From Piromyces finnis finn (Eukaryota > Fungi > Neocallimastigomycota), in the NCBI GenBank assembly GCA_002104945.1, contig MCFH01000020.1, positions 372,001 to 436,000 on the forward strand: a DNA stretch of 64,000 bases. The letters are read 5' to 3'. The notes beneath the pieces were generated by a model. The model ran no database searches, was not told the DNA's origin, and saw only the letters and a list, made by a program, of their open reading frames with translations. Of this stretch, positions 14,521 to 27,300 are shown in pieces (position 1 is the first letter of the stretch; the number at the start of each line of letters is the position of its first letter). Both the position numbers and the translations under genes were made by a program.

Positions 14521-17230
14521 ATGAATACCAATGTCACTTCTGATAATTTAAAAAATAGAAAAAAGGCTAAGCAAAATAGTACCAGAAATAAAAATGCTAT
14601 AGCGAAAAAAGCAATAGAGTAAAATATCTAACTTTAAGCTTAAATAAGAAACACATTAAATAAAAAGCATTTAATAACTAAATATGAAATTTAAATAATA
14701 TTACTTATATATAAATATACATAATATAAAGTAAAGTAAAACCTGAGGAAATTAACAATTTAAAGAATATTGAACCACCAAAAAATTTCTACTATCCATA
14801 TTGCCCTTCATTTTCAGTTGCTTTTAAATTTATACTTTTTTGTAGACTGTTAGCAGCAATTTTTACTGTTATTACTGATTGTGACGAAACTTTCAATTAT
14901 TGGGAACCAACACATTATTTACATTATGGCTATGGTTTACAAACTTGGGAATATTCTCCAAAATATTCAATTCGTTCATGGGCTTATGTTTTAATTCATA
15001 CAATTATATCAAAAGTTTTTTCTATTCCTGCTCATAATAAAGTAATAAAATTATTTTTCTTTTTTTTACAATGATTGAATTTAAATTTAAAATTTCCATA
15101 CTTACAAGAAAAAATTAACCATATTTATATATATATTTGTTATTAAATAATTAGTATCAATTATTTTTCCTTATTAGAATGGTGTTTGCAACTGTATCAT
15201 CCTTTTGTGAAACTGTTTTATATCAAACTATTGTAGACTATACAAATCCATATATTGCCCAAGCTTTCTTATTTGGTATTATTTATAGTGCAGGAATGTC
15301 AATTTCTTCTGTTGGTACGTTTTTAAAATTAGTAAATTATCAATATTAACAATATTTTTAATTCAAATAATAATATATATTATATATAATATAAATATTA
15401 TACTATTAATAGCATATCTTCCTTCCACATTTGCAATGTATACAACAATGCTTGCTTTTGCTGCATCTTTTCAAGAGTCTTCAAAGAAAAGAACATCTTA
15501 TGTAATTTTCTTTTATGCTTTAGGTGGTTTATTGGGTTGGCCATTTAGTGCTGTTTTAGTTTTTCCATTTGTTTTTGAAGATATATTTTTACCATCAATT
15601 AAAAAAGGAAATAAAATAATAAATGAAAAATTCAAAATTAGCAATAGCCTCTTGAAAATTAAAGATGTCTTTGTATATGGCATTTTATCTATTTGCGTTA
15701 TATTAGTAAGTATATAATTATTAATTAATTAACATTTCGCATTCTATTAATATTAATATTTTAATATTTTTGATTCATGATTAAACAATGAATTAATAAT
15801 TAATAAAAGGGTCCAATGATGCTTATTGATTTTGTATATTATAAAAAATTTACAATTGTACCATTAAATATTGTTTTATATAATGTATTTAGCTCAGATA
15901 AAGGTCCAAATATTTATGGTGTAGAGCCATGGCATTACTACTTATTTAACGGTTTCCTTAATTTCAACATAATATTTCTATTAGCCTTATTAAGTATACC
16001 ACTTTTGGTAATACAATAATATTTTTTTAATATATATATTGTAATATTATAGTAATATTATATAATAATAACACTTAAATTTTTATTTAATATAAATATT
16101 CAAATATTTTAAATATATTAAATTGAAAGGCATTTGAAATTTTAATAAGTAAAAGACCTCATTTATTTTCAAAAATGTCAAATTCTCTATTAATGATGAA
16201 GCTTGTTCCAATGTATTTATGGATTTTAATATTTACTGCACAACCTCATAAAGAAGAACGATTCTTATTTGTTATTTATCCATTAATCGTATTTAATGCT
16301 GCTGTTTCAATTTTCTCAATAAAAAGAATAATCAATATATTTATTAAATTTACTCACTACGTAAATATAAATAAATTTTACTAAATTTAAAAAAGAAATA
16401 ATAACAATAATATTTTACTGATACCTATATAATATGTAATATAATATTCTATAATTTGTAGGAAAATGGAAAAAAATTAGGAAGAATTGTAGTTGGATTA
16501 ATATTTGCAATTTATTCTGTTCTTTCTGTATCTAGAATACTTTCTCTTTATATTAATTATTCAGCTCCTTTAAAGGTCTATGGCTATTTAAATAATCCAG
16601 ATATGATAAAAGAGCTAAATAGTTATGGTCATAATGTAACTATCTGTGTAGGAAAAGAATGGTACCATTTCCCAACACATTATTTTATGCCAAATTCTAC
16701 AAGAATTGGATTTGTTAAATCAAAATTTGATGGTTTACTTCCAGGGTACTTCAAAGAAGGTGATGATCATATTGGAACATGGGTTATTCCAGAAGGAATG
16801 AATGATCTCAATCAAGAGGAATTTGATAAATATGTAAATTTAATTTTACTATAATATTTTTAAAATTACGATATAAATATGTGTTCTAGATTCTAATGAT
16901 AATTCTTAATTTAAACAATTAATTTTACATTAGGTTGATATTGAACAATGTAGTTATATGGTAGATTTATATGTTGAAGAAAATAATACTATAAATGAAA
17001 AAGTGATAGAACCTAATTATATTTCTCAAACAGATAAATGGGAAAAAATTGTATGTAAATCATTTATTAACAAAAACAAAAGTCATGGTTTATTACGACC
17101 ATTCTTCTTCCCAAAATTTATAAGAAATTTGATTTCGAAACAAGGTTTAGTTTATGATGATTATTGCTTGTTAAGAAAAGTTGGTATATATCATCCTGAA
17201 AAAAATGAAGATGAAGAAATAGATAATTAA
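14521..17230 (+). CDS. ALG9: Alpha-1,2-mannosyltransferase ALG9 (GT22, multi-exon)
   Basis: ATG at 14521. Exons encode DCDETFNYWEPTHYLHYGYGLQTWEYSPKYSIRSWAY, GLLGWPFS, GPNIYGVEPWHYY, QPHKEERFLFVIYP and CVGKEWYHFP. Confidence 0.94.
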
Positions 17231-17318
17231 TTCCATAAAAAAAAATAGAATATATACTTATAAAATAAAAGTTAAATTCAAATATTATAAATATATAATA
17301 TATAATAAACAATATGAT

Positions 17319-17391
17319 GATTTAGAAAACATGCATATTTTTTGAAGGGGTCGATTCTGGATCCCTCTAAAAATGGAGCATTTTCTAAATC
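17319..17391. other. ~73-nt imperfect hairpin between the convergent ALG9 and LPA1-like 3' ends
   Basis: Outer arms GATTTAGAAAA(CA)TGC / GCATTTTCTAAATC. Inner arms TTTTTGAAGGGGTC / GATCCCTCTAAAAA around a 7-nt loop. Function unknown. Confidence 0.5.
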
Positions 17392-17449
17392 TTGTAGAAA
17401 TGAAAGATATATATATCTCCACTATAAAATGAAATAATATATATTAAAA

Positions 17450-17484
<35 letters not shown>

Positions 17485-17689
17485 GTAAAAGAAATAAATT
17501 AAAGAAGTTAAAAAAAAATAAATAAACAACTAAATAAAATAAAATAAATTTTGCATATTAATGAAAATCCTTTAGATTTTTATATTTTAATGCCTTTTTT
17601 TTTTTTTTTTTTTTTTTAACTTATTTATTTATAATTGAATTATGATTATATTTTATTTGATTTCAAATTTTTAATTCGAAATTTAAAAA

Positions 17690-20588
<2,899 letters not shown>

Positions 20589-21730
20589 TTTCAAGATTTA
20601 ATTGAACTTTTTTTCTATCGATATTAAATAAAATTTAATTTAAATTTAATTCTAGCATAAAATCAATGAAATAATTTTATGCCCGTAGTTCAACTATTGT
20701 TTTAATAAACTATTTTACCTGTCATCATTTTATACTCATTAAAATTTTAATTTATTTAATTAAATTAAACTTCAGTTAATTAGTTGAAATGTGAATTTTA
20801 ATCATTATTAAATTTTATACTAATATAGAATTTATTATATTTAATATTTTTTATAATTCTATAATTAAATAATTAATTTTATTTTTTTTTCTCTGTTTTG
20901 TTTTGTTTTTAGCTTTTGTTTAATAAAAAAATAAAAAGATATGGATGATTTAGAATAAAAACATATATGAATAATAATAATTTATAATAATTATTTATAT
21001 AAATTCAAATGATCATTTATAATTAAGCAAATACTATCCCGTTGTTTTTATTATAGAACAAAAATCCATAATTTATATTTAATAACATATATCATGTAAA
21101 ATTTTTAGATATAAAAAGGTTAATTACGTTATTTTAGTAAATACGAATGTTCAAAATAATTTATTTTCTTTCTTTATCTATTATCATTATTATTTTAAAA
21201 AAAAAAATAATAATAATATTAAATTTCTTTAGGAAATCTTAAAAATTCGATTTATATTTTAAATTTTATATATTTTATTATAATTTCTATAAATATAATT
21301 ATTAATACATTAAATAAGTTTACATCTACTCTACACCTAAATATATAAGTTTAATAATTTTATAATAAATTAATATGAAAACTAATAATTATATTATTTG
21401 TATTGTATTTTAAAGTTTTAATTGCATTATTTAAAATAAAAATATTTGTGAAAACACTTTTAATTATTTTTAATAATAATTTTTTAATGTAAATATATAT
21501 ATTAGATATATATTATATGTAAATGACAATATAATACAAATTTATGGGATTTAATAATTGAATATATGTAAAAAAAAAAAAAAAAAAGGATAATGAATTG
21601 AATCATTTAAATCAATAAAGTATTTTAAAACATATAGTAAAAAAAAAACTATTTAATTTTCTTCTATAGCTGAAATTAAAGGTCCATAATAAAATACTTT
21701 ACTTTTTTTTTATTAAAATTAAGATTTTTC

Positions 21731-23365
21731 TTATTCTCTTATTTTTTTAGAATTTTTTTTATATCCTTTTTTCTCTGGTGTAGTCAAATAATGATGTGAT
21801 CTTTCTCTACTAGTAATCATATTCAATATTCTTTTTTCTTCTTCATCGAAAAGTAATGGATCTTTTCCTGTTGGATTTCCTTTTCCTTTATCTTCAATGT
21901 TCAAATTTTGGCAATGGAGATTAGGCCATTCACCTTCACCATCTTCAACGTAATAAGCATCAAAGCGAAGTAATATATTATTATATTTTTCATTATTTTT
22001 ATCTTTAACGATACTATCATTCCAGAAAAGAATTTTTCCATCTCTTGTTGTATGACCAACATGTCCACAGATTTGTCTTTCATCTGGATCATCACCAGCT
22101 TCACCAACATTTAATTCACCTACTAATACACTTGGTACTGGAAGCATATTGTATGGTTGGCGAGCCATATCAAAACCAATCCAAAATGTCTCCTTATCAC
22201 CTTGAACATATTTATAAACTACATCATCACGAATTCTTTGTTCATTTAATTTACAAACTGATAATAAACCAAGAATATTTTTTGTTTTATTCATTACGAC
22301 TGTACTTGATTCCATTTCATGAGATGTTTCTTCTTTCCAATAACGTAATTCTTTAGTATCTGGTAATGGATCAAACATCCATGATTTTAACCACCGTGAA
22401 CCATTGTGTGAACCAGGGAATAATGTACGATCACGGAAAAATATTGTACCTTTTTCGAGATAACCTTCATCTTCAAAAAGAATGGCTGGATCACGTATAT
22501 ACATAGCATCAGCATCCATTAATATAATTTCTTCAAAACGGGAAGCTAAAACAGAGAAAGGTTTAATAGCCCATCCACCAAGATTAATGATATTATTATC
22601 AAAAAATTCGGAAATATCAGTAAGATATACATTATCAAATTTAGAAAGTGTTTCTTGTTTATGTTTTGGTAAATCATTATCGCCATTATAAAAAATTTCT
22701 ATTGGAAGTTCTGTTTTAATAACATAACGAAGAGTATCAATAATACTTCTTGCAAAGTTAAAATGATGATTACCAACACACATAACAATACCTCTTCCAC
22801 TATATGAACTCAATAAGTCTCCCAAAGACTTAAATTTTTTATTATATACCCATGGATAGAGAGACTGATGTAATGTAGCTAAAAGCTTTTGAGGGATTGG
22901 TAATTCATTTAAATCTTCACTTAAGAGAAAAGATGATTCTTTAATTAAGGTTTCTTTATCAACATTATTTTTATCTTCCGATTTATTAAAAATTAAATCC
23001 CATAAAGCTGCATGAGCTTCTTGTTTTTGTCTTAAACTAATGAAATCTTCTGTAGGTGTTTTTCTTTCAAAATTTTCTAATAATAATTTTCCCATTACCT
23101 TATTTATTTTATCTTTTTCCTTTTTATTTAACGTACATTCAGAAAGGCATGCCATTAAATCATCATTATCTAAGTTGTAATTTTCAATAGCTTTATTAAT
23201 ACTAGTATTATTGTTTTTGAGAATACTTTTGAAATCATCTGTGGTTAATTTATTAGAAAAATCATCAATAGTAGTTGGGCGAATTGATAATAATAAAATA
23301 GATATAAAGACGATGGTTATTATGATAAATATTAATACTAAAAACCTTCTTTTTAACAATATCAT
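21731..23365 (-). CDS. GT71 (MNN1/MNN2/MNT-like) Golgi alpha-mannosyltransferase, intronless
   Basis: 544-aa ORF with an N-terminal TM anchor and the motifs GRGIVMCVG, LPIEIFY, GWAIKPFSVLASRFEEIILMDADA (DxD), GTIFFRDR, HEMESSTVVMNK and YVQGDKETFW. Confidence 0.88.
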   Translation of the reverse strand: MILLKRRFLVLIFIIITIVFISILLLSIRPTTIDDFSNKLTTDDFKSILKNNNTSINKAIENYNLDNDDLMACLSECTLNKKEKDKINKVMGKLLLENFERKTPTEDFISLRQKQEAHAALWDLIFNKSEDKNNVDKETLIKESSFLLSEDLNELPIPQKLLATLHQSLYPWVYNKKFKSLGDLLSSYSGRGIVMCVGNHHFNFARSIIDTLRYVIKTELPIEIFYNGDNDLPKHKQETLSKFDNVYLTDISEFFDNNIINLGGWAIKPFSVLASRFEEIILMDADAMYIRDPAILFEDEGYLEKGTIFFRDRTLFPGSHNGSRWLKSWMFDPLPDTKELRYWKEETSHEMESSTVVMNKTKNILGLLSVCKLNEQRIRDDVVYKYVQGDKETFWIGFDMARQPYNMLPVPSVLVGELNVGEAGDDPDERQICGHVGHTTRDGKILFWNDSIVKDKNNEKYNNILLRFDAYYVEDGEGEWPNLHCQNLNIEDKGKGNPTGKDPLLFDEEEKRILNMITSRERSHHYLTTPEKKGYKKNSKKIRE

Positions 23366-23834
23366 TTTTGTTTTTGTTTTGTTTTATTTTATTTTTATTT
23401 TTATTTTCGGATTTTTACTTTTTTTTTTGTTTTATTTTGATTTACTTTGTTTTTGTTTTTTTAGTAAAATATTTTTTTATATTGAAAATTAATAAAAATT
23501 ATAAATAAATCATAAATGAAAAGACAAGTTTATAAAACTTTATATTATTATAATAAATAATTAAAAATAATCAATTATAATTTATTATTTAAAAATCGTT
23601 AATTTTCTTTTATCTTTTTTTTTTTTAATAAATAAAAATTGTTTAATTTTTAATTTTTATTACTATTGTATAAAATAATATATCATTGTTTTTTTCATTT
23701 TCTGTATTTTATTTATTTTTACCTTATTTTAAATATATTTTTTCGCTAATTTTGGATTGGTTTGATTTGGTTTTTTTACATATTTGAAAACAAATATTTA
23801 TATTTATTTTAAATAATAAGTATATTTATAATAT

Positions 23835-23950
<116 letters not shown>

Positions 23951-24319
23951 GATTAATTAATGAATTTAATGATTTGATTTTAATTAATTACAACTATTAA
24001 GTAAAAAATCATTTATTGACCAATAAAGTAAAATTAAAAACTTTAATTAATAGTTATATACAAAAATTATTTTATACATTTTATTAGAAATTAAATGACC
24101 AAATACAAAAATTGGACATATTAAAAATTTATTATATATACAATTCTTTTTTTTTTTTACAATGTTTAAAAATAAATAAATATTTTCTTTCAAAGTATTA
24201 ATATATATGTAATAATAGTACAAATAAAAAAAAAAAGAAATATATTAAAAAAGTATTAATATAACTTACATTCTTTGTAAAAATATACCCTTTTTCAGAA
24301 AAGAAGAATTCAATAAATA

Positions 24320-27300
24320 ATGAGTGCCAATTTTAGAAAAGCAATTACTGGTTTTTGTTATACAAAAAATGGTGAAATTCTAATTACAGAAAAATGTCTT
24401 TCGATACATGAAATAAAACTCAGAAACAAATATTCTGAGATTAGTAAAAAAAAAGTTAACTTAAATTCGAGTAATACCTATTTAAATGTAAAGAATAATA
24501 AAATAACCCTTAAAAAAAAAGGAGAAGAATTAATTAAAAAACAAATTGAACTCTACAATAAAAAATTAAGATTTTTCTTTGATTTTAATTTAAATGGGGA
24601 ATTTCAAACAGAAAATAAAACTACTACATTTTTAGCTAATAAATTAAAATACTTCCCGAAATTCAGAAATTTAATTGACTTTTTAATGTGTTACGTTCAA
24701 TTAAAAAATTCTATTAATGAAAAAGTCTATATAGAAGATATTGAAAATTATCTAAATAATCAAAAAATATTTTCTAAAAAAATTAGCATATATTTCAAAA
24801 GTTTAATTAGAGGATATAGAAGTTTTTTTAAGTCAACTTTAAAATCTATTTTTCAAATTAGTAGTAACAATAAAATTCAATTTTCTGATAGAGTCACTAG
24901 TAGTATAAATAATACTAAAAGAAAAATAAATGAAAAAAGTGAAAAATATAAAATAATGCAAATTAAATTAGATTTGTTTAATTATTTAAATAAAAAAAAA
25001 AGAAACACGATTTCTTATGAAGATGTTAAGATGATTATAGAAAAAAATAACATGAAAAGTAATAAAGATATTATAGAAACTGTATTAAATATAAAAGATA
25101 ATTACTTTATATTAGATAATAATGTATATAATGTAAATATGAATATTCGTAATAATATAAAAGAATATGATAATAATAAAAGTTTTATATCCCAATGTGT
25201 ATGGCTACATCCTTATTTTGAAAAATGCTTAGTAATCATTATTGATTTTCTAAAAATGCATGAATTAATAGGATCAACAAAAATTACAGTTGAATCAGCT
25301 AATAATTGGTTGTTGAATCATTACTCCCTAGATGATTCAGAAAAAGAAATAATGAAAACATTTCTTAAAGAATGCAAAGACCTTAATACATTTTTAAGTT
25401 TTGATATTAATTCTGATATATTTAAAATTGTTAAAGAGAATAATACTGAGTATGTAATCCTTCAAGCTGATTCGTTAAACAAAAATAAGATTGAATTAGA
25501 ATCATTATATCAAAAGCATCTTTTGAAAAATCAACCATTAATACTAGAACCTTATAATGATAATTTTTTACTATTAAATTACTCATACTTATCATTAAAA
25601 AAGAGCGATTGGGATGATATAGAAAGTTTCACATTAGAAATTTTTATTATATTTTTTATGGCATGTTACAAAAGTTTTGGAGTAGTATGTAATAGTCAGT
25701 TTTTATTGGAATTAATTGGAAAATACAAAATTCCAATTAAAAGTCTTACAATTAACTATCTTGAAGAATTAATATCGAAAAAAAAATATATAATAACTCA
25801 TAAAATTAAAATATCTAATAGTAAAAATTCTTCAGAAGAAATATTACGTCTATGTTTTGATAATATAAGTATGATAAAGATAAGAAGTTACACGGATGAT
25901 TACAGTAGTGATGATGATAGCGATGATTATAGCGATGATTATAGCGATGATGATAGCGATGACGATAGCGATGATAAAAATGATGATGAAAATGTTTTAA
26001 ATGATATTGAAGCCAAAAATGAATCATCAAAACTGGATAACAATGTTACTATTGAAAATAAAGAGTTTACCGAAAAAAATGATGATGATGATAATCCTAT
26101 TAATAATAATGAATTTAGCCAAGGTAATAATGAGTCTTCAAGTTTAAATTTGAATAAAACCAGTTCAATAATAAATCCAAAAATTGAACTTACGCAAGCT
26201 AACTATGATAATCAAAATCAAGGAAAAGCTTTAAGTTTACCTAGTTCACCGAAATCATATCTTAATAGTTTAGTTATAAATAATCAAGCTCAACATAATA
26301 GTAATTTACGACAACCTCCAGGCCTTGAAAATCAAAATGCCAAAAGTTTCCCTAATTCACCAAAAATAAACTTTGATGTTTCAGCTCCAAATTATCAACC
26401 TCAGGATTATAATGATTTTTATCAACCACCTCCAGGTTTCGAAAGTCAAAGCATTAAAGATTTTCCTAATTTACCAAAAGCAGACTTTGATGTTTCAGCT
26501 CCAAGTTATCAACCTCAAGATTATAATTATTTTTATCAACCACCACCAGGTTTCGAAAGTCAAAGCATTAAAGATTTTCCTAATTTACCAAAAACAGACT
26601 TTGATATTTCAGCTCCAAGTTATCAACCTCAAGATCATAATGATTTATATCAACCTCCAGGTTTCGAAAGTCAAAGTATTAATGGCTTTCCTAATTCACC
26701 AAAAACAGACCTTAATGTTTCAGCTCCAAGTTATCAACCTCAAGATCATAATAGTTTTCATCAACCTCTAGGTTTTGAAAATCAAAGCATTAATGGCTTT
26801 CCTAATTCACCAAAAACAGACCTTAATGTTTCAGCTCCAAGTTATCAACCTCTAGGTTTTGAAAATCAAAGCATTAATGGCTTTCTTAATTCACCAAAAA
26901 CAGACCTTAATGTTTCAGCTCCAAGTTATCAACCTCTAGGTTTTGAAAATCAAAGCATTAAAAGTTTTCCTAATTCGCCAAAAACAGACCTTAATGTTTC
27001 AGCTCCAAGTTATCAACCTCTAGGTTTTGAAAATCAAAGCATTAAAAGTTTTCCTAATTCGCCAAAAACAGACCTTAATGTTTCAGCTCCAAGTTATCAA
27101 CCTCTAGGTTTTGAAAATCAAAGCATTAAAAGTTTTCCTAATTCGCCAAAAACAGACCTTAATGTTTCAGCTCCAAGTTATCAACCTCAAAATTACCCTA
27201 ATAATTTTGAAGATGACGATTTTGAAGATATTTTTAAAGATGATGATGATGATGATTCTAATGAAAGTGAATCTAATTATGAAAATGAAACGTATGTAAA

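Noticed and set aside
17319-17391. SECIS element interpretation of the hairpin
   Set aside because: No AUGA/GA quartet in the right register on either strand, and no in-frame UGA seen in the flanking genes.
21901-23492. Small ORFs overlapping the GT71 gene; similar shadows over the NTase, CotH, Fpg, GNAT-like and annexin genes
   Set aside because: Antisense or alternate-frame shadows of real CDS with no independent motifs.
26312-27187. Possible CRISPR-like array (also the annexin repeats)
   Set aside because: Units are in-frame multiples of 3 without unique spacers, there are no cas genes, and the context is eukaryotic.
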